Program-made: the position numbers and the translations under genes
Notes under the pieces: model-generated
Seen by the model: only the letters and a program-made list of their open reading frames with translations
Databases searched by the model: none
Told to the model about the DNA's origin: nothing
Origin: Camelus ferus
Taxonomy: Eukaryota
NCBI RefSeq assembly: GCF_009834535.1
Contig: NC_045697.1
Coordinates: 11,100,001 to 11,164,000, forward strand
Direction of reading: 5' to 3'
DNA length: 64,000 nt
Shown: piece after piece, positions 38,560 to 52,190 of the stretch
Numbering within the stretch: the first letter of the stretch is position 1
Layout: each line of letters opens with the position of its first letter

Positions 38560-38790
38560 TCATGACCATTTACTGAGCACTTTTACCAGGTGCCTTAAAG
38601 GTGTTCTTCATTCGTGATTAGAGCAGCCCCCTGCAAGGAGGGTACCATTACCATGCCATTTTCACAGCTGAGAAAACCAAGGCTCAGAGATGTTAACCAA
38701 CTGACTTGCAATCACACAGCCTGTGAGTGACAAACCCCAATTAGAAGCCAATTCCATTTGAGTTCAGAACCTGCAATCCTAACTGCTAAG
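38560..38790 (-). mobile_element. MIR SINE
   Basis: 'accatttactgagcactt...ccattttcacagctgagaaaaccaaggctcagagatgttaa'. Confidence 0.85.
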
Positions 38791-39312
38791 TCTAGTGGAT
38801 AAAGGTATCCCCCATCCCAACACTGTCTTGGGGCCACGTCAGAGCAGGAGAAGAACAAAATGGGAAGGAAGCCTGGGGGGCGCTGCTGAGAGTTCAGTGA
38901 TGTCTGAGAGTTGGTGAGGCCCTGGGACTGCCCCCAGGCTCACTACCGGAGAGGCAAGAGTTAACAGGATGGAAACTGTGCCCTTGTTTACGTGTGTTCT
39001 AGTTTCTTTTTTCAACTATACAGCTGGGAAGGGCTACAAGACTTTCCCACTCCTTATTAAAAACCGAAAATCTGTTTAGGCAGCAGCTACGGCACAAAGA
39101 CAGATAGATCTATTATGGGCGAAAACGAGCCAAACTACAGGCCGGCCAGCATCAGCGGAGGCGGGGCTTGGCATCAGCCTGTCAACAGGGTGTTTAATTA
39201 GAGATTAAACACCCTGCCTCTCGCAGGGTCAGGAAAATAAGACACAATGGCGATTCTCATTCCCGACAGTAGCAAGGAGAGACTGTGTCCTTCAAGGGAA
39301 GAAAAGAACCAA

Positions 39313-39410
39313 CCTTCTTTCCTTCTTTCCTTCCTTCCTCCCTTCCTTCCTTCCTTCCTTCCTTCCTTCCTTCCTTCCTTCCTTCCTTCCTTCCTTCCTT
39401 CCATCCTTCC
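39313..39410. repeat. (CCTT)n microsatellite / polypyrimidine tract
   Basis: Long run of ccttccttcctt. Confidence 0.95.
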
Positions 39411-40049
39411 CCCTTTCTCCCCCCACCCCCTTTTCTCAAGTCATCACTGAAAATTCTGGTTTGTGACTAAGGGGGTTGTGATTCTGAAGAAAGGTGGTAA
39501 TTACCACAATTTTCCTTTTCAGGGAAAAAGGCATGATCTGTTTCACAGTTGCTATCTTGGCTTAAAATCTATAAAGACCAAGTTTTTATCTGACGTGCTC
39601 TGCCTAATAGCACCAGTCCGACTTCTTACCTTTAGGGGTTTCTAGCTCCCCCAAGCATCGGCATGCATGTATTCTACTAAGAGACTGTGTTGAGGACACT
39701 TGTGGATACTGAATAAATAATTGCTGGGTGACTAGATGAATGTCAGAAGTAGGAGGACTTTAGAGTTCAGGTTATTCCTGCAGCCCCCATGTTGGATCTT
39801 GGAGCTGGGGTTGTGCGTTACTCTTAAAATAGGCAGCAAGAAGAAAAACTTGGGTCTTTCCGGAACATGCCCTCTCATCACACATGCCCTCTGTTTAAAA
39901 ATAAATGTTAGCTAGCTCTGAAATGTGTTCCAATAGCTTTTTTGGAAGCATCAGGTGTTTGCAGGGAGGTTGGGGTTCCTTATGCTGCTGAATGTGCTAT
40001 TTCTCTTTGCTGTTATTGTAATAAGTCAGTCCTGGCTTGGGTCACTTAC

Positions 40050-40245
40050 TATATGGGAACATCTGGCCATGTCTGGACACACTTTGGGTTGCCATTAAGT
40101 GATGGGGTGTGAGTGGCATCTAGCGGGTAGAGGCCAAGGATGCCGCCAAACATCCTGCAGTGCATGGGACCACCCCCTCCCTTCACCCTGCAGCACAGAA
40201 CTGTCCAACCCAGAATGCCAACAGTGCCCAGATGAGAAACTGGGT
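40050..40245 (+). mobile_element. MER20 hAT MITE
   Basis: 'tggcatctagcgggtagaggccaaggatgccgccaaacatcctgcagtgcatgggac...aatgccaacagtgcccagatgagaaac'. Confidence 0.9.
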
Positions 40246-41214
40246 TACACAACAAGAGGTTCTGGTTGAAAAGGGGTAGAACCACGAATATCAAAATGAG
40301 AACATTTCTTCCTCTTACGCATTTCTTCCCTACTTTGACAAGGCCCATTAAATTCCATTGAGTCTCTGTGCCCGGAGCGCAGAGAGAGCACATAGGAAAA
40401 TTAGAGCAAAGATCAATAACAGTAATAACAATAATGACTCACATTTGTATATTGTTTTACTGTTTACCAAGTGCGCTCCCATACATTAACTCAACCGTGG
40501 CTGTGCTGGGGAAGGAAGTTGGAAAGATTTCCCTAAGAATATTTCCCAATTTATGCATTTCCAGATTTAACGGTTTAAAACAAATTAGAAATAGATTAAA
40601 CGAAGTACCTTTGGTCAAACAGAAAAGCAATTACGTGATAGGAAATTGTAATAATCCATCACAGGCACCTGCTTCTGAATCCCAGTGCTGGTTGTAGTTT
40701 CTGCTGGCATCTGCCTCGGATGCATGACACAAAGATCGCCCTTCATCTTTGAAACACCAAAGATAAGAGCCATTGCTGTGGAGGAGGTGATGGGAGAGGA
40801 GACCCAGGTGTCCCCAGTGATATTTAGAAGCACCTCGCTTTTGGTTGAGTTCCCGTCTATTGAGTTGGACTGGGACTTGGGAACATTCTCATATTATTTC
40901 TGGGGCATATTTTTGCAAGGTAGGGATTGTCACTCACTCTTATCTGATGGATAAGGAAACTGAGAAGTTGTACAACTGTCTCACACAGGTAAGCAACACA
41001 GGCACACAAGTAAGAACAACTGGTGAGCCAGGATTTGAACCCTGGTCTGTCCGCCCCCCACCCCCTCCTTTTCTGTAACAGATGATGACATCATTTGGGA
41101 TCTGTAAATGCTTGGTCCCTGCTACACAGCAGATACTGAATCAGCATTTGTTATTGTCATTGAAAGCAGCTCTTTTGCCCCTTTCCTGTTTGTCCGTTTC
41201 TGTCCCCCTTTAAC

Positions 41215-41700
41215 CTTAAGGGAAACCAATTATAGGAATGAAATCACTAAGCAATTGAAACTAGCTCCTGACTTATGCTCTCCTGAATGCACACCATGCC
41301 TTGTCTAGCCTGTTGATTCTTTTCCTAGATAAACAGAAGGAAGAAGGAAGAATGAAACAGCTAAAGAATGATTAGCCCACTACCCCAGCAGCCCCCCAGC
41401 AAGCCTACAGGCAGACCATGGGGCAAGATAACATCTGAAGGGGCAGCCAGTCTGCCTGCAACAGAGAATGAGGCAAAACCCAACCTTCTGCTTCAGTGAT
41501 TCACTCAGATTCTTCCCCCCATTTTTCCTTTAAAATCTGTCATGACTGAGAAGAATCTTTGGAGTTGGTCTCTGGACATGAGTCCACCTTCTCCCCAGAT
41601 TGCTGGCTTGTCTAATTAAAGCACCTTTCCTTTCTATTGACACTTGCCTTTCAATGACTGGCTTTTGAGCAGTGAGCAGCCAAGCCTGAGTTTGGTAACA
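41215..41700 (+). mobile_element. ERV1-class LTR, MER34/MER39-like 3' end (5' boundary uncertain)
   Basis: 3' end 'ggacatgagtccaccttctcccc...attaaagcacctttcc...ggcttttgagcagtgagcagccaagcctgagtttggtaaca'. Confidence 0.7.
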
Positions 41701-42019
41701 TCTTTTTCCTGGAGAAAATTAATGAAGAAATAAAAATCTCATCTATTGACAGCACACATGCACACACGCACGTGTGTGCACACACACACACTCACCTTCT
41801 TGCTCTTTGTCAGCGGTAAAGGAGTCATATATGGCTTTTATTCTTATTCAGCACTATGATAGCAAAATATCTGAGTTATTAACTAGCAATCCAAAAATGA
41901 AGTCCTCATTTACTTTCATGCTTATGTATATGGAAGCTCCACAAACAATAGCATACTCAAATTACTAACTTGTGTCCACATTCTAAATTTTGTCACTTTT
42001 CTTCTTTGGATGTACTCAT

Positions 42020-42270
42020 TAAAATTTTTTTAATTTTGAAATAATTGTAAGTTCACACGCTGTTGTAGGAAATGATACAGAGAAACCTTGAATACTCTTC
42101 CCTTGGCATTCCCCAGTGGTACCATCTGGCAGAGCTCAAGCACAGTAACTATGACAACCAGGGACATGGTGTTGGTGTTGATATGCAGCCCCACCTTATC
42201 CAGAGTTCGCCACCCGGACACACATGCATATGTGTATGTCTAGCTTCATGCAGTTTTACCACGTGCACTT
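42020..42270 (-). mobile_element. Old L1 (L1MC/L1MD-type) 3' end
   Basis: 'ttttaattttgaaataattgtaagttcacacgctgttgtaggaaatgatacagaga...ccccagtggtaccatct'. Confidence 0.75.
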
Positions 42271-42548
42271 TTTTATTCTGTGGTATGATAAGCACTCTGT
42301 GTAACTTCAGTAAAAGTCTAGGGTCCAAAACAGTGACGAGGCACATTTCTAATGCAGATAGAGTAGCTGAAGTGTTTCACTGAAGACCTTCTCTGTACCA
42401 GGCACTTCTAGAACATAAAATATATTAGACAGGAAGGGAAAAAAAGCATGGCTCCTGCCATCCTGGCACCTGTGGTCTCGTGGGAAAGGCAGGAGTCTAG
42501 ATAATTAAAGGACTCAGTGAGTGCAGAATGAAAGAAGCCTTTCAATCA

Positions 42549-42771
42549 CAGTTGACCCTTGAACAACACAGGGGTTAGGGATGCTGGCCCCCCAGTGCAG
42601 TCGAAAATCAGCCTGTAACTTGACAGATCGCCCTCTGTATATGCAATTCTGCATTGGTGGATTCAACCAATCTTGGATCGTGTAGTACTGTAGTATGTGT
42701 TTATTGAAAAAAAAAATCTGCCTTTAAGTGAACCCATGCAGTTCAATCTCGTGTTGTTCAAGGGTCAACTG
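42549..42771. mobile_element. MER8-like TcMar-Tigger MITE, complete
   Basis: Perfect 21-bp TIRs cagttgacccttgaacaacac (42549-42569) and its reverse complement (42751-42771); TA TSD (right ta, left ca). Confidence 0.92.
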
Positions 42772-44059
42772 TAGTTGCAAAAATAATCAAGATGAATAAA
42801 ATGATATATTTTGGCAGTTACTCTATTGGCTTTGATCCCAAAGTCACTTAAACCCTTAACACCATATCTATCTTAACATATTAGTAATGCTCATGCAACA
42901 GATGTTTAACATTTAAAAATATTAGCTCTAATGATCTATCAAGATGGTGTCTGTGTATCTTTTCCCATTGCCACGATTTAATTCAATATGTTAAAACATA
43001 AAAATAAATCAATGCCAGACTTAATTTATTCATGCATTGATTTCCCCATTTCTTTATTATAAGATTATTTAGAATTCCATAAAATACATATATCTGCCTG
43101 TGCTTGATTAAAGAAAGATGCTTGTCAGATGAGAAGGGACTATTTGGCATATTGACAGGTGCTCGTTAAGCTTTTAGAAATAAGAAGAAGAACACTATTT
43201 CATACCCACATGAGCGCCTCAGTTGAGAGAAGCCAGAGGAACGGTGCTTCATAACTGAGTAGCACCACATCCACATACAAGACACACTCAGTCTCCCACT
43301 GAGGGGAAGGGTGTGCTTAACCGGGTGTATGTTTGTGTGTTAAATAGCCCTATCTACAAATGAATCTAAAGGCATTTTTCCCATTGTTGCTAAATCTAGC
43401 CCACTCTTTCCTGGAGTGTGTCCCTTACTCAGCCTCTGAGAACCATGTGAAAATCCTGGCAGGGGGATAAGACAGGACTGTGGAGTATTTTGTCTTTTCT
43501 TGACTCCATACCCGTATTGCTAGAGCATGGGGAGCGAATTCAGTTGTGTTTCCCCTGGGAAGGTATTGAAGTGCAGGAAGGCAAAGCCTCTAGCCCAGGG
43601 GCACGGTGCCCAATGGGGACCTAGCCCAGATCAGAGCCGGCGCCGCCGCGTCCCTGTGGTGTACAAGGCACCGTCGCAGGTGCTGTGGGGGACTTCACAG
43701 AAGAGGAAACTCTATCAACCAGTGAGCGTTCTTCATCACCTGCAACCTACAGGGCACAGTGCTAAGTTCCAGAGGTACAAACAGCTCCAAGAAATCATCT
43801 CTACCTTTGAGAAGTATGCAGTCTAAATAAGAAGCCAGGAATTAGAAGCATTTCAAGAGTGATGTAAGAATGATGTAATGCCTGATTTTATAACAGCATA
43901 AGATCTAAGCTGTAAACACTGCAAGGAAAAGACAAAGAGAGGAAGGGCCTGAGAGCCAAGTTAAGAAGGGGTTCCTGGATATGGTGGAGTGTGCATTTAG
44001 TGTTGAAGGTGGCAGGGGAGCCAGGTGTCAGATGGAGAGGCCAGAACAGGAATCTGCCT

Positions 44060-44250
44060 TTGGTCTTCGAATCAGATCAGCTATAATTTGTTTCTTGGCC
44101 ACTCACTTATTAGCAGTGAGCGAGAAAGTTTCTTAACGTCTGGGAGACTCAGTTTCATCTGGGAACGGGGACAGGTTATTCCGCATGTGATGGGATTGTG
44201 CTGAGGTCTGCACATGTTAATACCTGTGACACACTCACGTCTTCAGTAAG
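44060..44250 (+). mobile_element. MIR SINE
   Basis: 'ccactcacttattagcagtgagcgagaaagtttcttaacgtctgggagactcagtttcatctg'. Confidence 0.65.
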
Positions 44251-46175
44251 CTCTGGAGGAAGGCGACTGCTGGGACGTGGGGGCTGAGGAAGAGGAGAGG
44301 AACAGGACGCATGAGTAACAGAAGGATGGGCAGTGGTCAGGGGGGACCGGAAGTGGGGCTATGGAATTGAACTTCTTTCCCACGCTGCGAAGGGTCTCCT
44401 GAGCTCAGTCAACCAAATCGAAACAAGTAAGTGCATGTTCACAAAACATGGCAGCAAATTAAAAATGATTCACAGCAAACAAAACAGAATGGAGAAAAGG
44501 ACTAACGTGTAGGGGTAAGAACTGCAAAGGTTAAGTGGAAGGAGGGATGCCTGGATGGGGCAGGAAAGGTGACCAAAGCTGAGTGGTACTCGCTGGGGAG
44601 AGAACAGGATTGCAATTCACATCCCCAAATTCAGAGCATCCACTTAGCAGCCTGGCATGCTGGTCCCTAGTAGACAAGACCTTCCCTGGGAGAAGGTCTG
44701 AGTTTACTAATCTGAGGTTCTGGTTGACTCCATGTAGCTCCAGCACATGTTTTGGTTTTAGATCAAAGATCCCGTTCCGTGTAATTAGAGTGCACACATA
44801 GTTTATTCTCCAGACTTGACAGGCTTTTGTTCTAATGCTCAACCATACGGGATGCCAGGAAAATGGAGAGAAACTGGAACTGTCCAGCCAAACCAGAACA
44901 TGTGCTCGGATTTCATACAACCTGTGTAAATAATTTAATAAATCATATTAAATTTCACTTTATTATTCTATTAGAGAAACACTGGGAAATGGCTGGATAT
45001 ATTTTCACCAGGTTTGGTTGGTATATTTGGGACTGTGTGAATAAGAATATGGGTCTCTGCAACATTTACAGAGAGGGGACTGAGAAATGCCTCAGAGGTA
45101 AAGCCAGGCATTCCCCACAGCATCTGAAACAATTATGAGGGGTCCTGGGAACTTCCACACGGGAGAGATGGGCCATTGTATTCGGACCAGCAGTGGACAG
45201 AGAAAGCAAACAGCGATTTCAGAGCTCAGCCCCAAATCAGAAGTCCCAGGCAGGATGGTCAAGCTGGCCAAACAATGACACAGGAAGTCGGGGGAGCCCT
45301 TCCCGAGTCTAGAGATTCTATAGCTCAGTGGGGTGTACTTAAAGATGAACCGCTGTGCCATTTGGCTCCTCCACAGGAACACAGTAAAGGTCAGCTCAGG
45401 AGTTAACATTTGTTGAGCAATTATTTTGTGCCAGGCCTGCTGGCAAATTCTTTTCTTTTGTAACAGCTGTACTGAAATAGAGTTGACAAACAACAAACTG
45501 AACATATTATTGATTTGAGGGTATTCTTATTCCCATTTGGTCATCAGGTGTCCAATTTATAGGTGTCTCAAATATATGGTGTGTGTGGAGTGTCATTTGG
45601 GCACTGGTGGGGTCTCAGGGGCCTGGGGGGCACCCTGCCCTGGGTAGCAGGTTTCCAAGTGGAGGAAATTTCACTAGAGTAACACCCTGGGTCCCTCTTG
45701 GACCCCCTTCTCACTCTGACTCAGGAAATGTGGAATGAGCCTTTCGGTAAATTCTGGAGGAGATGCAGAGAAAATCCTGCTTGGCCTCAACCTCTCTTCT
45801 GTGGAGTAGGACTGCAGAAAGGGCCCATTCTCAGCTCCCCGGCGCAGTACACATTTTGGGGCAGGAAGGGAGACGGATGCGAGGATTAGGGAATGTTGGT
45901 GCTGCCCACGTGGGATGGTGAGCATGTCTTCTCTGGGGTCCCACAAAGGAAAGCCCATGTGATTCACGGGCCTCAAGTCCCATTTTCTAATCTAGCCTTT
46001 ATCTTTGTAAAGGTGATTTTTGATTTCCACCTGCTTGAGTTCGCTTTTTATTTTCAAACAAGTGTGGGGAGTAAGTGTGTTGTTTATTAGGCTTTCCCAA
46101 ATCTCAGTGGTAGGAAATCTAAGGGACAGAAATACAAAACAGTCTCTAGCTTCATCAGCAGGTTGTGGAGGTAAA

Positions 46176-46422
46176 ACACACACACACACACACACTCACA
46201 CACACACACATACACACATGCATGTATACACACAACACATACACCATATACACATATATACACACAACACACACACACATGCATATATACACACAACATA
46301 TACACACACATTTACACACATACTATACACATATGCATATATACCCACAACACATAAACACACACATATATACACACACATATACACATACACACATATG
46401 TACACACACATACTCATACATG
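46176..46422. repeat. Long compound (CA)n/(TA)n imperfect microsatellite
   Basis: ~245 bp of acacac/atatac units. Confidence 0.95.
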
Positions 46423-47399
46423 CAAATTAAGAAAATTGAAAAGATATGAAATAAAACTTTTCACCTTTTCAATGCCTTGTAGTAATGTAAAAGGTACTAA
46501 GGTTATTTTTTTTTAACCTCCAATTTTCTCCTCTTTCATTCATATGGTCAAGAACTTTAAAACAAAGTGAAAAGTGAAATAATTTTAGTGGAGTGACTGT
46601 GGATGAATGATCCTTTTAACTGTTGACATTATGACATTGTGTAGTAAAGAAAGGGAATAACACAGAGAGGGAGGGAAGGAAGGAAGGAAGGAGGAGGGAG
46701 GGGAACTTCTAGATTGAGAGACAATTGCTAACGTCCAGCATTGGCTCTGGCCGGGCCCTCATCTTCTGCCTTTATTAACGCATTTAGTCCTTACAGCACT
46801 ACACGGTCCATACTACTGCTTTTCACATCCATTTCAACAGTGAGGCAAGGTGAACAGAAGTTGTGACTGGTTTGTGATCACAGGACCTGCCAGGAGCAGG
46901 ATGTGAACATCCCTGGGCTGCCTCCAGCCATGTGGTCCTAACCTCTCCACTCTGCGGCAGCTGAGAGTGGGTGGTCAGGGAAGGAAATGGGAGATGGAGG
47001 AGGGGCATGAGAATGTTCCAGAAGGAGGAGCTGACGCAAGTGAAGGGCCAGAGGTGGGGCAGCCATAGAACCTTCCCTGGGACGCCCGCCAACCAGCCTG
47101 CCCAGAGTGGAAGTTCTGTGCAGGGACAGAGGATACAGACCATCCCTTTTCTACTTGGAATGTCTTTTTCTTTCTTGTCCCTTTTCCTCAATCAAAGCTA
47201 ATTTTAACTTTCATCTTCCTCTAGGCTTGGTGAAAGGGAAGCAGGGAAACATGCTCCTGGCTTCTTTTTTTTGACCAACTGCACTTAAAAGTCATCTCTG
47301 GGAGTGAATACTATTACTTGCCTTCTTAAAACGTTACTGTGTAAGCAATTAAAATAATCATGATTTACAGGATCCGTACAACATTCAGGGAATTGCACC

Positions 47400-47590
47400 C
47401 AGGATGTATCTCATGTGCTGCATACAAAGATCACCTGGGGAAGCACCGTCTCTAGTTTAAAGGTAGGAAACAAGGCTCAGAAAGGCTACGTAGCATGCCC
47501 CGTGCCACACAGCAAGTAAGCTTAGAAGCGTGGATTTGAATCCTGGTCTCTCCTTCTCCAAAGCCATGCTGTTGAACACTTAACCTTTCT
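47400..47590 (-). mobile_element. MIR SINE
   Basis: 'ggaaacaaggctcagaaagg...gccacacagcaagtaag...ggatttgaatcctggtctctccttctccaaagcc'. Confidence 0.8.
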
Positions 47591-47837
47591 CCACTTTTTC
47601 AACAAGTGGCAGAAGATACAGAATTGCACATGAAAACAAACACAAGACAAAACAAGTGAAAACAAAAACAAAGACCCTCATATAATCCAACAGGTCTGCA
47701 ATCTCCTGTCTTACTCGTCAATGGTCCCTGACTATTACACAACCAACAAAGAGCAGAAACATCCTCACACAATTCAACTAAATGGTAAACTTGGGAACTT
47801 ACCATTAAGATGAAAAGTCACAAGAACACAGAACTCG

Positions 47838-48295
47838 GGTGAGCAGAATTCTCAGATGCTGGCCCCTGGTTATTCGATATAATCCTAATCTAGGTGCTGC
47901 TGCAAAGAAATTTTGCAGATAAAAGGATGAAGTTTCCAATTAATCAGCCTAAGATATGGAGAATGTCCAGGTGGGCTTGACCCAATCACATGAGCCCTTT
48001 AGAAGCAGAAAATCTTCTCTGGCTGCTCATGGGAGAGGGAGAAGCTGAGAGCTGTTCTTGGCCAGCAGTGAGCAAGAAAACGGAGATCTTAGTCCTCAAA
48101 CTACAAGAAACCGAATTCTTCTAACAACGTGAAAGAGCTTGGAGCCCAACCCAGCTGATACCTTGACTCAGGCCTCGTGCAACCCTAAGCTGAGCCCATC
48201 TGGATGTCTGACTCATGAAACCAAGACACGATCTGTGAGTGTTATATTAACCCGTTGTTTGTTGTAATTTGTTACACAGCAACAAAAACAAATAT
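47838..48295 (+). mobile_element. MaLR LTR, MLT1D/E-like
   Basis: 'aatctaggtgctgctg...ttttgcagat...ccaggtgggcttgacccaatcacatgagcccttt...gtaatttgttacacagcaacaaaaac'. Confidence 0.82.
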
Positions 48296-50232
48296 TAAAA
48301 ATTTCACTGTAATAATGTGAATTATTGAAATGGACTCTACTCTTCATCTTAATAAAAGGCATACATCCCAGATCTGCAGACTTGAGAACTGGGGAAATTT
48401 ATTCTACTTTTAGTGGAAATAAGGTTCATGATCCAGAGACAGTAGACAGATGCCTATTTATAAATGAAGATTTACAGTCATATGCAGACTGACTGGTTTT
48501 CCAAGCCAGCATGTTATCTTTTAAAAAAAGTTTCAATGTCATTTTGAACATTGCTCATCAACATGTTTATTTTATAGAGAAGGAGAGAAGACAAATGTGT
48601 AAGATAGTTGATGGGATTTTAGTCTAAAATAGGTAAAAATTGTATGTTCTCACATTGTAATGTTTTTAATCTCTCAGGGAAAAGGAAAAGCCTTAGAAAT
48701 AAATCAAAAAGTTAACTAGACAAATGAAAAATCCCAGTTGAGATTCTGCCAGCCCTGAAAAGCAGGCTATTTCATCTCTCTGAGGATGGGAATAAGAGAT
48801 GGGGAACTGAGTACAACAATGTCTGCAGAAATAAGAGGGGAAGGACGGAGCTCTGCCAGCTGGCTCCTTCTTCACTGACCAATCGAAGCTCTGCCTCCTC
48901 ACTGACCACTGAGCCTCATCCCAAGATGGCAGGTGCTCAGGACAACCCGTGTCATTTTGTAAATCACTTAGAATAATGATGACTATTAGTAGTTATTCAA
49001 TAAGTGTGCATTCTTTCCCCTCCAAACTACCCACCAGTGAACCAACTGGAGGTGCTACTTCCCCACTCCTGATGTTTCTTTCCTGCCACAGCAACTCAAT
49101 GAAACCCTTGGGCATGCTCAGTTTACCTCCTCCCTTCCTCCTTCAAGATGTCAGCTGCCCACTCAGCTTCTGTAGGAGGAGGCTTGCGGAAATCTGGCTT
49201 TGCTGCACCCAGCTCTGGGGCTCAGAATGAGGAGCTTGCTGGGAAAACATAACTGCATGCTAAGTTCTCCAATCTGTTGTCTCAACTGGAAAGGTGATAT
49301 TTCATCCTAATCCTAAATGCTCTATTTTATTTCTCCACTTGTTTGGAACCAAGATGGGAAATGGGGTACTTGTTACTGGGATTTCTATTCTGAACTCCCA
49401 AAACATCTCCCCAACATTATAACTCATCTCTGTTTTATTTTGAGGTACATGACTGAGCGACTAAATGCAGACCCTGTGATTCTAGGCCATATCCTTTAGT
49501 GGATGCCCCTTCTTATTTACAAATCTCTCTAATAAATTACATTAAGCAGTTTTTTTTTTTTCCTGCCTGACAAGCTCACCCAACCTGGAAGCTCTCTATC
49601 CCAGAGATGAATGAGAAGGAAACTTAAATAAATGTTTACAGGGTTCAGAAGATAATAATATGTCACTTTAAATAATCCATTACAAAACCAACAACATATT
49701 TATCTCCAAATATATTTCTGCTTTGGAAAATTCCACTTGGAGATAACTGTACAGCTGGAAGATGTCACATAGGCCTACTTCCTGCCTTAATACTAATATT
49801 ATGTTTTCCCCATCCCCAAGAGCTAATACAGTTTCAAGTATAAACTAACATGGACTAAAATGGTATACCATGGTGATGTTAAAAACAAACAGACAAACAA
49901 AAAAACTCAAGCTGAATTTGTTGGGAACTGTGACACGAGCACTAGACCTGGTTCTGCTACTGATGAGCAGTGGGACCCTAAATGAATGGCTTGATGTCGT
50001 TACAAACTTCAGTTAACTAATCTGCAAAAGGAGTTGTTTGGACTATAATCTCCAAAATTCCTTCCAGCTCTAAAATCGTGTCCTTCTAAGGGCCCGTTAA
50101 CAAAGAACACAGGGGTAGAATTAATCAGAAAGGTGAGAAGTATCCCTCCCGAAGAAGGGGAGAATCACTACTATCAGAAATTGTTCACGTTGGGGATGTG
50201 CCGTGGTAGAAAAGAGTCGGGTTATGGATGAG

Positions 50233-50620
50233 CGTATTAGTCCATGTTAGCTGCTGTAATAGATAAAACCCCCAAATTTCAGTGGTCTAGCTCAACAGAA
50301 ATTTGTTTCTTGTTCACTGACTTTCTGATGGGCAGGTTCAGCAGGGACTTGAGGACCCCAGCTCCAGTCCTGTGGCCCCATCACCCTCAGGGCCACTAGT
50401 CCTTCACTTACACCCCATACCAAAAGAGTGAAGAAAGCACACTAGCTTCTTAACCACTCAACTCGACATCTCTCACATTCTATCGGCAGTAATGGGTCAT
50501 CATAAGACCTTGCCTAGATATGAAAGAACAAGGAAGCTGTGAGTTCTTGGAGGGGCATCCTCTTAGCAGCAATAACATTCTTCTATGGGAAATGAGAATC
50601 AATCTTTGGAGAACAATTGC
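50233..50620 (-). mobile_element. Old MaLR LTR (MLT1J/K-like)
   Basis: 'gtattagtccatgttagctgctgtaatagataaaacccccaaatttcagtggtctagctcaacagaaatttgtttctt'. Confidence 0.7.
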
Positions 50621-51309
50621 CCCACCTTTCACAGTTAATGTGATGTGCTCTTCACAGACATAAATCTTGTATTTTCTATGGCAACCTCCCCATTAGCAAA
50701 TGATTTTTGCTTTATCTGGCTTTAATTATGTGACACAAGTGTGCCAAATAAAACAGCACTATTCAGGACTAAAATCAAGCTAAACTCAGCTGAAATTTAG
50801 TGATGAAATTGCTCTGTGTACCTTTTTGTTTTCAATGCATGCAAGCAGAAATCCAAGCCAGATGACTAAGAAGAGAAAACATGACTGTAGTTATTTCTGT
50901 GCAACTGTAATAAGAATGACACATGAAGAATGGCTGGATCCAGGTAGAATTCAACTCATCAAGAATGTTCTACAAAATATGTATATATTCCTTGATTGCC
51001 CATTCATCATATTTTGGCTTATTGAGCTGCTGACAGCGTTATATTTCTTATTTTATGGGGAAAAAAACAGCACTTTGAAAAACTGTCATGTTATTATCTG
51101 AGGTAGCTGAACCTTGTTTTAAATTTGCTTTCTAAGGCAAAGAAAAGTGTAAACTGAGTAAATGCAGGCTTGCACTCAGGAGAAACATTTGGACCTTTGG
51201 GTTTTGGATTTGGTAACATCTCCACCACACATTATCATCTATCATAGGAAAAAAGCTTATTAAAAATATAATTTCTGACCTGTAGGCCAACAATGTGTAT
51301 TAACTCTAG

Positions 51310-51538
51310 CAAAGGTTGGGAAACTTTTTCTATAAAGGACCAAGCAGTAAATATTTTAGGTTTTATGGGCCATGTAGTTTCTGTCCCAACTCCTCAACTT
51401 TGCCTTTATAGCAGGAAAGCAGAAACCAGCCATAGTTATATAAATAAATGGACACAACTGTGTTCCAATAAAACTTTATTTACAAAAACTGGATGGCAAA
51501 CTGGATCTGACCTCCAGGCTATAGTTTACTGATCCCTA
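51310..51538. mobile_element. MER58A hAT MITE
   Basis: 'aaactttttctataaaggaccaagcagtaaatattttagg...ctgtgttccaataaaactttatttacaaaaac'. Confidence 0.9.
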
Positions 51539-51674
51539 AACTAGACACAAGATGGCAGAAAACATAAAATGGAAAACTTCCTTGCCCGAAGTTAGGATAG
51601 GGCCTCAGTTTTCCTCTTCCATTTTGGAGTTAGATCTTCCAGGTTTGTTTGGAACTTCCTGTATAAAATAGATG

Positions 51675-51708
51675 CTTGTCCAACAACAGATGAATGGATA
51701 AAGATATG

Positions 51709-51763
<55 letters not shown>

Positions 51764-52190
51764 GAATATTACTCAGTTATGAAAAAGAATGAAAATTTGC
51801 CATTTGCAGCAACATGGATGAACTTGGAAGACATTATGCTAAGTGAAATGAGTGAAACAGAGAAAGACAAATACTGTATGATAACACTTATATGTGGAAC
51901 CTAAAAAATACAACAAACCAGTGATTATAACACAAAAGAAGTAGACTCACAGATATAGAAAACAAACTAGTGGTTACCAGTGGGAAGAGGGGAGGGGGGA
52001 GGGGCAACATAGGATAGAAGAGTAAGAGATATAAGCTTTTATGTATAAAATAAAATGTACAAAAAGGGAATATAGTGAATATTTTATAATAACTATAAAC
52101 AGAGTATAACCTTTAAAAATTGTGAATCACTATATTGTATATATGTAACATATAATATTGTACAGCAACTATACGTTAATTAAAAAATAA
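51675..52190 (+). mobile_element. L1 3' end (L1MA9/cetartiodactyl-type)
   Basis: 'ccatttgcagcaacatggatgaacttggaagacattatgctaagtgaaat...tataacctttaaaaattgtgaatcactatattgta', A-rich tail. Confidence 0.9.
51714..51761. repeat. Perfect (AC)24 microsatellite within the L1
   Basis: 48 nt of uninterrupted AC. Confidence 0.95.

Noticed and set aside
39198..39470. ORFs with (EGRK)n/(PSFL)n peptides; likewise His-Thr and poly-Leu/Tyr ORFs at 46020-46449 and 60922-61154
   Set aside because: They are translations of microsatellites
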